A stretch of 64,000 bases of DNA from a virus, in the IMG/VR virus record IMGVR_UViG_3300025646_005060, positions 9,853 through 73,852 of that record; one strand, written 5' to 3'. Both the position numbers and the translations under genes were made by a program. Below, piece after piece: positions 10,002 to 19,559 of the stretch. The stretch's first letter is position 1. Each line of letters opens with the position of its first letter. The notes beneath the pieces were generated by a model that saw only the letters and a program-made list of their open reading frames with translations, ran no database searches and was not told the origin of the DNA.

Positions 10002-10029
10002 ATCATATCACTTTGTTCACGAATGTCAA
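10002..10029 (-). promoter_or_regulatory. Sigma70-type promoter TTGACA-N16-TATGAT for gp55
   Basis: Consensus -35, extended -10 (TGn), ATG 7 nt downstream. Confidence 0.65.
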
Positions 10030-10068
10030 GAGATCTTGACATTTTTCAAGTGAAAATGTAATTAGGGC

Positions 10069-10098
10069 TTGACAGGTTCTTGGAAGTATCTGTATAAT
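10069..10098 (+). promoter_or_regulatory. Consensus sigma70 promoter TTGACA-N18-TATAAT, antisense orientation
   Basis: Perfect hexamers in an intergenic region; no plus-strand gene downstream. Confidence 0.55.
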
Positions 10099-10142
10099 CT
10101 TTGTGTGGGAATGAAGAAGATCTAGAGCTATCAAGTACTCTA

Positions 10143-10880
10143 TTACTTATAGTCATCTGAGTTAGGATCTGGATTCCAATCAGTATACTTAGTACCGAAG
10201 TCTTCACGCTTCTTTTCGTCTCCAGTAAAGCGGTTTCGCTTTTTCACTTCATCAACCATATCTAAAAGAGTCTGGGGATCTAACATTCCCGATGTAATCA
10301 TATTCATGATTGCTTCAGCAGGAATATAGAGTTGCATCATAATCATATGACGATCCAATTCTGATTCGTCTACCATGTCAGGTGGAAGATAAGAGGACTT
10401 AGATTTTTTGTTTCTTCTCTTCTTTCTCTTTGGTTTTGGATAATCTTCTTCTGACATTTGTTCTAGTTCTTCCATTTCGGCAGATGCTTTATTGATGTCT
10501 TGAATAAGTTCGTCAATAAATGTACCAAAATCTTCTGCACTTGGTGCTTTCATGCTGATGTCTTCAGTCTCTTTGATTGATACGCTTCTTGAGTTCTCTG
10601 AAAACTCACGATTGCTTTCAATTTTATAAAGTTCAACTGTTGATTTATTTGGTTCACTCATGAGTGCAACGTGATTTGATGGAAGTACTGCTTCTTTATT
10701 ATCTGTATTCATCAACCAATCGTGTAGACTTGTTACATCAACCATGCGTCCCATTGGATCATATGTAGAAGAAGTTTTGAACAGCATTGGTTGAAAAATC
10801 TTGATATTCTCGTTGCCTTCTTCCAGAACTTGACATGCAATTTCTTCACCACTACGAAGTTTAAGAATCTTGATGTTCAT
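10143..10880 (-). CDS. Conserved T4-like hypothetical protein downstream of uvsW (Sm-like N-terminal domain)
   Basis: IKILKLRSGEEIACQV N-terminus; similar to ORF 63500-63811; usual position after uvsW. Confidence 0.6.
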   Translation of the reverse strand: MNIKILKLRSGEEIACQVLEEGNENIKIFQPMLFKTSSTYDPMGRMVDVTSLHDWLMNTDNKEAVLPSNHVALMSEPNKSTVELYKIESNREFSENSRSVSIKETEDISMKAPSAEDFGTFIDELIQDINKASAEMEELEQMSEEDYPKPKRKKRRNKKSKSSYLPPDMVDESELDRHMIMMQLYIPAEAIMNMITSGMLDPQTLLDMVDEVKKRNRFTGDEKKREDFGTKYTDWNPDPNSDDYK

Positions 10881-12336
10881 TCAGCGAATCTCCTAGATTG
10901 ATTTTAGTCTTCTTGAATGTGAACTGCTCATTAGTATATATGGTAGTTCTCTCATCCAGATGACGAAGAGCATGATTACGATAAGACTTCCAACTAAGAT
11001 CATCTCCTATATCAAAAAGAGTTACTTTGTCCTTGGTATCTGACTTACGAAGTCCTCGACCTATTGATTGAAGAACACGCACGACAGACTTTGAAGGTGA
11101 GGCAAATATAATCGCATGAATGTTCTTGATATTGATGCCTGTACTACACGTTCCATAAGATGCGACAAGTACACTGTTATCATGCTTGTCCACGATCTTG
11201 CGTATCTGTTCACGATCTTCCACATCCGTCTTACCAGAAATAAAGAATACTTCTTTCTTTTTGTCTTTTGACAATTGTTGGAAAAGTGGGACTCCGTGCT
11301 TTTCCACAAAATTAAACAAGACAAGGACGTTGCCAGGAATATGGTTAGCAAGATTACATATAAAATTGTTCCTCTTATCATTAAGAACCAACCATTCTAT
11401 TTCTTCTTGATACTTTGCTCTCTTGATCTGCGAGACATCAGATTCAGGATATTTGAGTATCAGACAATTAATATTTAGTTGTGCCAATACTTCACGGTCA
11501 ATTAGTTCTTTGGTGTGTGTGACCCGATAGAGTGTTCCAAATAGTCCTTCGAGAACCAACTGATGAACCTGAGTTCCGTCAAGAGTTCCCGTGGTTCCGA
11601 TACGATATTCACATTGCTTCAATCTTGTCATGATTTTTGTCAATGACTTTGCTTTGAATAAATGGGATTCGTCTCCAATGATCGCATCAAACTGTTCAAA
11701 AAAAGATTCGGGAAGAGTGTGAAGACTTTGCCATGTGGAAATAATGATACGAGCATTTGTCTGCTTTTCCTGACCACCATAGATCAAGTGAATGTTCTTA
11801 GCAAACTTCTTGTCATTTGCGTAGTCTATAAAGTCCGAACACATCTGAGTAACCAGACCTGTCGTTGGTACAACCACCAAAATCTTTTTGTCGGTTCTCT
11901 TCATGAGTTCTAAAATGCAAAAATAGATGATCAAACTCTTACCACTTCCCGTTGGAGAGATCAGGAGAGTTCTACGCTTTGATATGGCGTGCTTTACCGC
12001 GTCTATCTGGTAGTCGTGCGGTTGAATGACCTGACCGTTAGAATGGACTGTAGGGAATTCTACGGGGTCTTCTGAGGGGTGTAGACCGTCTTCGTACTCT
12101 ACCTTATACCCACGGTCCTTGGCAAATGACAGAACATATGGTAAAAGACCAGCATATATCTTATTCGTCAGAATATTAAAAAGACGAATCTTTCCATCCC
12201 ATCGCTTCTTGCGAAACGCAGGATTATATTGAGAGTTCGGAACACGAAATGTGAAGAAGGAACTTAATTCTTTTGCGATTCCTTTTTCACAATCAATCTC
12301 AATGTAGACGGAATCTATGGTCTTTATACGAATCAT
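10861..12336 (-). CDS. uvsW: SF2 DNA helicase UvsW (start likely MIRIKT)
   Basis: WDGKIRLF, SPTGSGKS, DESH, GTTGT, STGINI, LQSIGRGLR. Confidence 0.97.
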   Translation of the reverse strand: MIRIKTIDSVYIEIDCEKGIAKELSSFFTFRVPNSQYNPAFRKKRWDGKIRLFNILTNKIYAGLLPYVLSFAKDRGYKVEYEDGLHPSEDPVEFPTVHSNGQVIQPHDYQIDAVKHAISKRRTLLISPTGSGKSLIIYFCILELMKRTDKKILVVVPTTGLVTQMCSDFIDYANDKKFAKNIHLIYGGQEKQTNARIIISTWQSLHTLPESFFEQFDAIIGDESHLFKAKSLTKIMTRLKQCEYRIGTTGTLDGTQVHQLVLEGLFGTLYRVTHTKELIDREVLAQLNINCLILKYPESDVSQIKRAKYQEEIEWLVLNDKRNNFICNLANHIPGNVLVLFNFVEKHGVPLFQQLSKDKKKEVFFISGKTDVEDREQIRKIVDKHDNSVLVASYGTCSTGINIKNIHAIIFASPSKSVVRVLQSIGRGLRKSDTKDKVTLFDIGDDLSWKSYRNHALRHLDERTTIYTNEQFTFKKTKINLGDSLNEHQDS

Positions 12337-12767
12337 AGTCCTTGAGTGAACTTGATCCATTCAATTGAAGATCTTATATTCCAAATCTTATTGGAAATGA
12401 TCTTGGCAACTGATTCAATATAGTTCACCTTCTCCTTCTGAAGAAATACTTTATTTGAAAGATTGATGACACTTGAGTCACTTTCAATAAAGCGATCAAG
12501 TTCGTTCTTGAGAATTGCCAGATCAAAGGGTTCCCATCCCTTTTCTCTTAATTCTTCTTCTGACATTTTGCCAGAATAGTACAACCACTTGTCGCGACGA
12601 AGAACTTTGAGTTCTGATTCGTATCTTTCAAGAATCAACTTCTCATCCATCAACATACAGAGATATTTGTTGTGAAGTTGAGGAATCTTTGAAGATTCGT
12701 CGTCTAAATGATTGATGTCAATTGCGGTATCAAGTTCTGCTTGTGCTTTAATTTGTTGAATATTCAT
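12333..12767 (-). CDS. uvsY: Recombination mediator UvsY
   Basis: LDDESSKIPQLHNKY...KWLYYSGK...IRSSIEWIKF; adjacent to uvsW. Confidence 0.93.
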   Translation of the reverse strand: MNIQQIKAQAELDTAIDINHLDDESSKIPQLHNKYLCMLMDEKLILERYESELKVLRRDKWLYYSGKMSEEELREKGWEPFDLAILKNELDRFIESDSSVINLSNKVFLQKEKVNYIESVAKIISNKIWNIRSSIEWIKFTQGL

Positions 12768-12774
12768 AATAAAG

Positions 12775-12802
12775 AGTATACCAAATCAGGGGGTGTTTTC
12801 AA
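12775..12802 (-). promoter_or_regulatory. Sigma70-type promoter TTGAAA-N16-TATACT for uvsY
   Basis: TGG-TATACT 7 nt before the ATG; no SD. Confidence 0.6.
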
Positions 12803-13376
12803 ATACTTCTACTTCATAGTGAGTATATGCAAATGTAGAAGTGGCAATCACTGTTTCAGAATCTACTGCCGAAGAGTCAAAATCAATTCCACTCAAAAAT
12901 GTGGGAAATACATTTCTAAATTTAATTGCCATTTGTGGTCTGTAATTGCTATTCATGACAAGAATATACGCACTGGCGACCTTTTGTGGTTCATTGAGAA
13001 CTTCATATGAAGTCTTATATCCGATACCGAGATCCTGCATCCAGTTGTATATTTCCAACCAGTTCTTCATTTCTTCGTCTACGGCAAATCCAATTTGAAG
13101 ATCCTCGTAAACATATGAAGTTCCAGGTCTACGAGAGACAATACCAGTAGGGTTTGAATTTTGAGACACACCAAATGATAGAGAAGGAATGTTTGCTCTT
13201 TGACAGAAGTATGTGACGGTTGGGCATCTTGTTAATACAAATCTAAACTTATTGCCAGTAAGAACATTGTGTGTTGCTGGTTGAAATTCATTCTCAAATA
13301 GAAAATCTCCAGGCATATCGCGAAGAATATTACTTGGCACATTTCCTGAAATAATTTGTTCGCTATTGTTTGGCAT
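12786..13376 (-). CDS. gp3: Tail tube terminator / tail completion protein (gp3)
   Basis: FRFVLTRCPTVTYFCQRANIPSLSFG...FAVDEEMKNWLEIYNWM...FPTFLSGIDF; position after gp23. Confidence 0.9.
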   Translation of the reverse strand: MPNNSEQIISGNVPSNILRDMPGDFLFENEFQPATHNVLTGNKFRFVLTRCPTVTYFCQRANIPSLSFGVSQNSNPTGIVSRRPGTSYVYEDLQIGFAVDEEMKNWLEIYNWMQDLGIGYKTSYEVLNEPQKVASAYILVMNSNYRPQMAIKFRNVFPTFLSGIDFDSSAVDSETVIATSTFAYTHYEVEVFENTP

Positions 13377-13382
13377 ATAGAG

Positions 13383-13390
13383 TATTTATA
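13383..13390 (-). promoter_or_regulatory. Late promoter TATAAATA upstream of gp3
   Basis: Exact motif immediately after the gp23 terminator. Confidence 0.7.
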
Positions 13391-13420
13391 AAGAAAAACC
13401 CACGGGTTTCCCCGTGGGTT
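13391..13420 (-). terminator. Rho-independent terminator after the major capsid gene
   Basis: AACCCACGGG-GAAA-CCCGTGGGTT hairpin followed by TTTCTTT on the minus strand. Confidence 0.9.
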
Positions 13421-13443
13421 CTCTGATGACTATTGTCTACTTA

Positions 13444-14940
13444 TCACCAAGTTACGCCAGCGGCATTGCCGTGGAGGTTCTTGACTGCGAAGAGACGGTA
13501 GTATGCGTTGGTTGATGCCTCAAGACCATCACTGGTGTTGAGGTTGCTGAAGGTTGACTCACGACCACCTGCGAATGGATTGGCGACAAGACCGTAACGA
13601 GTCTTGAAACCAATCTTTGGTTGGAAGGTGTCTTGACCAACTGCACGGACCATTTGTAGAGGAACGTATGGGCAGTAGAAGAATCCTGCGTCGTATGGCG
13701 AGGTTCCCTTGTAACCAACGGTGATGAAGTTGATGTTGTTGGCAACAAATGGGTCAATGTAGACCTTGAACTTGTTGTTGAGAACACCTGCGAATACGTT
13801 ACCAGTGTCGTCAACTTGCATGTCAACGTTGAGTGCTGGCGAGAGGTTAAGGAATCCACCCATTGCGAGAGCACTTGCAACGTCTGCGGAGCAAACGATG
13901 AAGTTACCCTTTCCTCTACGAGTATCCTTAGCAATTTGGTTTGCTTCGCGTTCAATTTGGAACATAAGTCCGCGATAACGTTCTGCTGACCAACGACCGT
14001 CTGAGTCTGCGAGAAGGTCGTAGATACCACCATTGCCTGCTGCTGAGTAACCAGCGAGGTCGCGGTTGACTGCACCAGTCTTAGCAACGTAATACATTGC
14101 GCGAAGAATTTCGCGGTTGATTTCGTTCATGATTTCAACCGAAAGGATGTTGGCGAGTTCTGCCTCTGCGTCAAGACCGTGAACTGCGCGAAGGTCTTGT
14201 GCAAGTTCTGTGGTGTATTCTGCCTTGAGAGCGCGTGATCTTGCTTGTACTGCGACTCTTTCAATGCTGAATGCCATCTCACGGAAGTCACCTGACGATG
14301 AGTTCTTGCCGAGAGTTTCAGCAGTCGAGGTAAGCATACCGCGGAATGAAGTAAAGGTGTCTGGACGCGATTCAAGATATGTTTCACCTTCAGTATAAAG
14401 ACCAGTGAATGTACCAAGAGTGTGACCAGAAAGAAGGTCTGCATACGAAAGAGTTCCGCCTGCGCCACCAAGTCTGGTTGCACCAGAAGCACCAGAAACT
14501 TTTGCCCATGGTTCGTCAAAGAGTGCTTCGTCACCTTGAGTGTAACCATTGTTGTCGTTTCCGTAACGAGCGCGCATTGCAAAGATAAGACCAGTTGGAG
14601 CACTCATTGGTTGAACGCCTGCGATGTCGTATGCTACGACGTTTGGCATTGCGCGACGAACGAGTGAGATAAGAACTGGATCGTAACCAGCAAAGTTACC
14701 TGCTAAACCGACTTGACCAGTGATGAAGTTGCCACCGACACCGATTGGGCCCATGGTATCTTCAAAGAGATTTCCTGCTCTCTCTTCTTTCATTGCCTTG
14801 ACTTGGTTCTCAAGAAGAACTGCGGTTACGCGCTTCTTGTGAAGATCGCCAATGCTTGGAAGATCGCCGTGCTCAAGTACTGGGGACCACTTCTCTACGA
14901 GTGAATCATATGGGGTTGTGTTGTTAAAATCTACTGACAT
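13444..14940 (-). CDS. gp23: Major capsid protein (gp23)
   Basis: LVEKWSPVLEH, LISLVRRAMP, GVQPMSAPTGLIFAMR, SRALKAEYTTELAQDL, FYCPYVPLQM, FQPKIGFKTRYG. Confidence 0.99.
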   Translation of the reverse strand: MSVDFNNTTPYDSLVEKWSPVLEHGDLPSIGDLHKKRVTAVLLENQVKAMKEERAGNLFEDTMGPIGVGGNFITGQVGLAGNFAGYDPVLISLVRRAMPNVVAYDIAGVQPMSAPTGLIFAMRARYGNDNNGYTQGDEALFDEPWAKVSGASGATRLGGAGGTLSYADLLSGHTLGTFTGLYTEGETYLESRPDTFTSFRGMLTSTAETLGKNSSSGDFREMAFSIERVAVQARSRALKAEYTTELAQDLRAVHGLDAEAELANILSVEIMNEINREILRAMYYVAKTGAVNRDLAGYSAAGNGGIYDLLADSDGRWSAERYRGLMFQIEREANQIAKDTRRGKGNFIVCSADVASALAMGGFLNLSPALNVDMQVDDTGNVFAGVLNNKFKVYIDPFVANNINFITVGYKGTSPYDAGFFYCPYVPLQMVRAVGQDTFQPKIGFKTRYGLVANPFAGGRESTFSNLNTSDGLEASTNAYYRLFAVKNLHGNAAGVTW

Positions 14941-14985
14941 GTGTTTTCTCTCCTGTATTCCTTTTTATTTATTAAATTTAATATT

Positions 14986-16059
14986 TCAGATGAAATTGTC
15001 CTTGACAATGTTTGGATTAATTAATGATGCCAATTTTTGATTTTGCTCTGGAACTGCTTTCTGAATCATTGGTTTATTCTTCTGAAGAAGCGAAAGAGTA
15101 TTGACTACAGATTCCATCATTGGATCCGTAGAGTCTGAAGTTCCGACAAACGATCCATCGGTATCTTCGGTGAGCATTGCCTGTCTTGAAGCACCTCTAG
15201 ATTGAGTCTTGCCATTTCCAAAGTATGATTCGCGAAGAAGTGCTACTTTTTCCGAATATTGCTCTGGACTTTCAAACTCAATGCCTTCTGCTAGTTTAGC
15301 AAGTTTCTCGACTTGAGTGTCAGCAAGACCTTGTGCTTGTTGCATGAATGCTTCTGCACAGAGGTGAGCATTTACTTCATTCTTAAGTGCAACATTCTGA
15401 CGAATAAGATCATTTACACTCTCTTGAAGTTCTTCGTTGGCATCATAAAGATCATCAAGAACATCATACTTTTCATGTGGGACATCAATGAATGAAGATT
15501 CAAATAGATCCTTGAGTCCGTGAATGAAGTTTTCTGCGATTTCAGTGCGAAGACCTCTCTCGACGGCAACCTTATTCTCTGTCATCCACTCAGAAATTAC
15601 ATAATTAAGGTAGTTATCAACTTGCTCAATAAGTGCTTCTGAAGTTCCAGCAGTTGATTCAAGAACTACTTCCTTTGCTGCCTGTTGTGATTCTAGAACT
15701 ACTTCCTTTGCTGCTTGTTGCTGTTCTTCAATTATTTCTTTTGCTGCTTCAAGAATATGAGACTCAAGGAAAGTTACTCTTTCGTTGATTGCTGCTTCAA
15801 AGATGGTCTTTGCCTTTTCTTTGAAATCTTCGCTGAGATCTTCTCCATCAAAAAGTGCCTCTAAGTAATCAACTCCTTCTTCTTGGACTTGTTGATTTTT
15901 CTTTGCCTTCTTGAGAAGTTGCGCTGGTGATAATGTTTGCATATTTCCCATAGCAACATTTGGATCAGCAAGAGGAGGATTGATTACAGCACCACGACCT
16001 GTTCCGTCGTCGTAAAGTGCTGGTGACGAATATTCTGCATATGGGTTATTATCTGGCAT
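14986..16059 (-). CDS. gp22: Prohead core scaffold protein (gp22)
   Basis: LSEDFKEKAKTIFEAA, VDNYLNYV..EWM.EN.VAVERGLRTEIAENF, LRESYF. Confidence 0.93.
   Translation of the reverse strand: MPDNNPYAEYSSPALYDDGTGRGAVINPPLADPNVAMGNMQTLSPAQLLKKAKKNQQVQEEGVDYLEALFDGEDLSEDFKEKAKTIFEAAINERVTFLESHILEAAKEIIEEQQQAAKEVVLESQQAAKEVVLESTAGTSEALIEQVDNYLNYVISEWMTENKVAVERGLRTEIAENFIHGLKDLFESSFIDVPHEKYDVLDDLYDANEELQESVNDLIRQNVALKNEVNAHLCAEAFMQQAQGLADTQVEKLAKLAEGIEFESPEQYSEKVALLRESYFGNGKTQSRGASRQAMLTEDTDGSFVGTSDSTDPMMESVVNTLSLLQKNKPMIQKAVPEQNQKLASLINPNIVKDNFI
15655..15750. repeat. 33-bp in-frame tandem repeat in gp22 (QQAAKEVVLES x2 plus a degenerate third copy)
   Basis: TGATTC(A/T)AGAACTACTTCCTTTGCTGC(C/T)TGTTG at 15655-15687 and 15688-15720. 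Confidence 0.85.
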
Positions 16060-16098
16060 TATTTTTCTCCATTTAATGTTCTAAAAACTATTTAGAAT

Positions 16099-16106
16099 TA
16101 TTTATA
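16099..16106 (-). promoter_or_regulatory. Late promoter TATAAATA upstream of gp22
   Basis: Exact motif in the intergenic region. Confidence 0.7.
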
Positions 16107-16113
16107 ATTTCAC

Positions 16114-16872
16114 TTAAATTCTTGGTCTAAGTAGTCCTATTCTGAGTCTATTCAAAAATGAATCTGGATCTCCACCCCGTGCTCTTATAACGTTTCTTCC
16201 TGCTGCTCGGTGTCTTACGACATCGTCTTGCCTGTTTCTGCGAAGAGCATCTGCTGTGGTTTTTGCATCTTTTTCTGTATCTTGTGCCGCTTTATACAAT
16301 CCACCAAGTCCAATTTTTCGTAATCGTATTGGACTACCACTAGCGGTCCAGTTTGGATTTCTTCCTGCTAGTTGTTCACGATTTCTAGCATCTTGTGTCT
16401 TTAATGTAAAAACACTTCTTGCGTAATTTGGATCCTTTGCTCTTTCAGATCTAGTCCTATCATGAAGAGATTTTCCAAGTCTGTATGTTTCCGAATCTGA
16501 TTGGAATTTTGCCACATCCGCACTGCTAGCACCAGGTCCAGGATGTTTTGGGGCCTGACCTCCGAGACGAGCAAAATCATCTCTGACATTTTGCAATTTT
16601 CCAGGATCCATTCCTAATTTTTCGGCAGTTTTGTTAAGTTCCCATCTACCACTAACATGTTGTTGATAAGCAGTTTTTCTCTCAAGAGCTTTCTGGGAAA
16701 GGTTTGCTGCTCCTTGAACTACTCTATTACCAATTTCTTGTGCGAATCTGGCAATTCTACCACCAGTTCCTAATTGTTGCTCACTAATCATCTGAGCAAT
16801 AAATGGAATATTGCTTCTGATGAGAGAAGCAACTTCCGAATTATTTTGAACTGATTCTTTTAGAATATTCAT
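16114..16872 (-). CDS. Hypothetical Arg-rich protein, candidate internal head protein
   Basis: Lies between gp21 and gp22; basic; N-terminal LKE/ISE resemble gp21 cleavage sites. Confidence 0.45.
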   Translation of the reverse strand: MNILKESVQNNSEVASLIRSNIPFIAQMISEQQLGTGGRIARFAQEIGNRVVQGAANLSQKALERKTAYQQHVSGRWELNKTAEKLGMDPGKLQNVRDDFARLGGQAPKHPGPGASSADVAKFQSDSETYRLGKSLHDRTRSERAKDPNYARSVFTLKTQDARNREQLAGRNPNWTASGSPIRLRKIGLGGLYKAAQDTEKDAKTTADALRRNRQDDVVRHRAAGRNVIRARGGDPDSFLNRLRIGLLRPRI

Positions 16873-17513
16873 AGTCTTCCCAAGAAGTCTTTAAATAACT
16901 TTAGAGCATTTTCTTCTAGTTTTCTTTTTGGAGTTCTTTTTAATTGTTTTTCATATGTTGCAATTTGCTTTTCAACTAGAAGTCCATTCTCCCATATCCA
17001 TTCCTTACCCTCAAGAATGCCATTGACAAATGCGTTTGGTGCTGAAGGATCTGCGACTATATCAATTGCTGCAAGAGTAAAGTCTTCTTGTACAATATTT
17101 ACTCCACCTTGAGCTTTCAGTGATCCCATGCCTCTGGAAGAAACTCCAAGTTGTGCTCCTTCGTCAATGAGAGATTTTACAATCTTACCCATTGGAGTAT
17201 CAAGAACCTTTGCCTTTCCTATGATCTGATTGCCACTCTCATTTAGATTTACAACCATATGACAAACGCGATCAAGATTAACAGTAGGACCAGATGGATG
17301 GTTTAATTCGCCAAGTGCTCTATTTTTATTGACATATTCTTTGATATATCTTTGACATTCTTTTTTAAGAATGCTTTCATTATACATTCTCTTATTACGA
17401 TTGACAACACCAGCTTCCATCATGACACCAGTGATGAAGTAATTCTTACCACCAGCTTCATTAGATTCAACGATGGTTTTAACGTCTTCAATTGTTTCTG
17501 TGATTAGTTTCAT
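16869..17513 (-). CDS. gp21: Prohead protease (gp21)
   Basis: NRNKRMY, RALGELNHP, LGVSSRGMGS, DIVADPSAPNAFV. Confidence 0.98.
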   Translation of the reverse strand: MKLITETIEDVKTIVESNEAGGKNYFITGVMMEAGVVNRNKRMYNESILKKECQRYIKEYVNKNRALGELNHPSGPTVNLDRVCHMVVNLNESGNQIIGKAKVLDTPMGKIVKSLIDEGAQLGVSSRGMGSLKAQGGVNIVQEDFTLAAIDIVADPSAPNAFVNGILEGKEWIWENGLLVEKQIATYEKQLKRTPKRKLEENALKLFKDFLGRL

Positions 17514-17529
17514 GATGGTTCCTAAATTA

Positions 17530-17943
17530 TTATTCGTCTTCTGACGTATCTTCTAGAATAGAAAGATATTCTTGGGCAATTTCTTGAATTTCTTCTTCGG
17601 TTAATTCTTCGCCAGTTTCTTCTTGAATCTCTTGAACAATCTGAACAATTTCGTTTTGGAATTCTTCAAGAAGCATGTCATCTGTGATTTCTATGTCTTC
17701 TTTTACTTCCTTTGCTGCCTTTTTCATTGGTTCTTTTTTATTACCATCTTTATCCAAATCTAGAAAATCTGGTTTAGAACCTTTCTTGGATTTGCCTTCG
17801 TTAAAAAGAGAAGGACCATAATCTGCTAATTTGTCTTCAAGAGCATTTCCCAATTTGGAAAAAAGCGATTCGTTAATAAGTTTCTTGGCAGAAACGATGT
17901 CTTCTTGTATAAGTGCGTTTAAAATTTCTCTACTATTTGACAT
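17530..17943 (-). CDS. Prohead core protein (gp67/gp68-like)
   Basis: Acidic protein between portal and protease; contains PDFLDLDKDGNKKEPMKKA. Confidence 0.6.
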   Translation of the reverse strand: MSNSREILNALIQEDIVSAKKLINESLFSKLGNALEDKLADYGPSLFNEGKSKKGSKPDFLDLDKDGNKKEPMKKAAKEVKEDIEITDDMLLEEFQNEIVQIVQEIQEETGEELTEEEIQEIAQEYLSILEDTSEDE

Positions 17944-17971
17944 TTTTATCTCCTAAACTTATATATAAGAT

Positions 17972-19546
17972 TTATTGAGGTGGTTGTCCTTGTTCGTCTA
18001 CCAGACCCAATTGCTGCATTTCTATTTGCTGCTGTATTTGTTTCTGACGATCCACTTCCATTTCTTCATCCATACGAGCAATTTCTTCTTCAGACTGCTT
18101 AAGAATATTCTTTCTCACATACTTGGCAGAGAAGAACATTCCAGTATATTGACCAATCGTGTTAAGCATGTTGATTCGTTCGGCAAGAATCTCGTTCTCT
18201 TTTAGATCGTTGAAATATGAATCTTTGCTATAGACAATCTTCATGTCCTGATAATGATCTTTCCAGTCATCAGGAGTCAAGATTCCTTTTAGAATTGACT
18301 GCTTCTTGAGCATGTCCAGGAACATAAAAGAGAACTTATTCTGAAGTCTTTCAATGAACTTGTAGAACTTCACTTCGTCTCTGGTTATTTCACTGCTTCT
18401 GCCTAGATTGAATCCAGTCTGAACTTCCATTCGTGTAAGTGGAACATTAAGTGCTCTGTATACCTTACGGAGTAAATATTCAACGTCTTCCATTTCGCTG
18501 AGTCCTTGACCACCTGGAAGTGTTTGAATCTCAGTTCCTCTTCCACCCTCTCTACGAGGCAACCAGTAATCTTCAAGCATGGAGAAATGGTTTCTCTGGT
18601 CTTTAATTTCTCCACTTGATGAATCGTATGTGAGTTTATTACGATAACGATTCATGAGTGACTTCATGTATTCTTCTGCTTTGTTCTTTGGAAGATTTCC
18701 AACGTCAACGTAGAATACTCTTCGTTCTGGAGCACGGGCAATGCGGTATACGACCATTGCGTCTTCTGTCTGACGCAACATGTTGAGTGGACGAATTGCC
18801 TTGTGTAAATGTCCTACGACTCTCTTTGTGGTCTGATCAAGATATCCAGAGTGACAATATGTGATTGAGTCTGGAGCAATCTTAACACCAGCAGAACTTG
18901 TGGTTGGTATGTTGCTTGCCTCAAAATCTGTAAAGACAAAGTATTCATCTACTTTACTGACAATAGGAATTGCTGTATTGTTTACACGCTTGACTTGCTT
19001 TTGAACCTTACGAATCTTACGAATCTTAATTGGATCAATTGCCCGAATTTCTTGTATTCCTTTTTCTGGATGATCAGTATCAATAATTAACTGGTAGTAG
19101 ACTCTTCCATCTACATACCAGCGCCTAAAGATATCGTATCCTCTGCTAGAAAAGTCTAGCAATTTAAGAATATTGTTGAATTCGATTTGAAGTTTTGCCT
19201 TAACATTGTCTGAAAGATCAACATTATCAAGATTTAGTTTGACAGCAGAATTCTGATTGTCAAAGCATATTGCCTGAGTAACAATATCTTCAATTGCCAT
19301 GTCAACCTCTGGATAGAGAGACATGCTACGATATTGCTTGATAAGAGAATTTTCATCAAGAAACGATCCACCAAAGTCATAAACGGAGGACATAAATCCT
19401 CCTGATTCTATGACTTGAGTTCCATCATAATTTTCTGGAGCGACAAAGGAAGCATTGGAGGAACTGTCTCCAGTTAATCCTCCAATGAATTCCTTATCGT
19501 CCTTTGCTTTCCCAAAGGAAAACCCAAAATAATCAGTCCACGACAT
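17972..19546 (-). CDS. gp20: Portal protein (gp20)
   Basis: FRRWYVDGR, YRIARAPERRVFYVDVGNLP, EDYWLPRREGGRGTEI. Confidence 0.99.
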   Translation of the reverse strand: MSWTDYFGFSFGKAKDDKEFIGGLTGDSSSNASFVAPENYDGTQVIESGGFMSSVYDFGGSFLDENSLIKQYRSMSLYPEVDMAIEDIVTQAICFDNQNSAVKLNLDNVDLSDNVKAKLQIEFNNILKLLDFSSRGYDIFRRWYVDGRVYYQLIIDTDHPEKGIQEIRAIDPIKIRKIRKVQKQVKRVNNTAIPIVSKVDEYFVFTDFEASNIPTTSSAGVKIAPDSITYCHSGYLDQTTKRVVGHLHKAIRPLNMLRQTEDAMVVYRIARAPERRVFYVDVGNLPKNKAEEYMKSLMNRYRNKLTYDSSSGEIKDQRNHFSMLEDYWLPRREGGRGTEIQTLPGGQGLSEMEDVEYLLRKVYRALNVPLTRMEVQTGFNLGRSSEITRDEVKFYKFIERLQNKFSFMFLDMLKKQSILKGILTPDDWKDHYQDMKIVYSKDSYFNDLKENEILAERINMLNTIGQYTGMFFSAKYVRKNILKQSEEEIARMDEEMEVDRQKQIQQQIEMQQLGLVDEQGQPPQ

Positions 19547-19559
19547 TTATGTTCCTTAC

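Noticed and set aside
13452-14603. Long alternate-frame ORFs (211 and 158 aa) overlapping gp23
   Set aside because: Explained by the strong codon bias of a highly expressed gene; no SD, and the composition is typical of off-frame reading.
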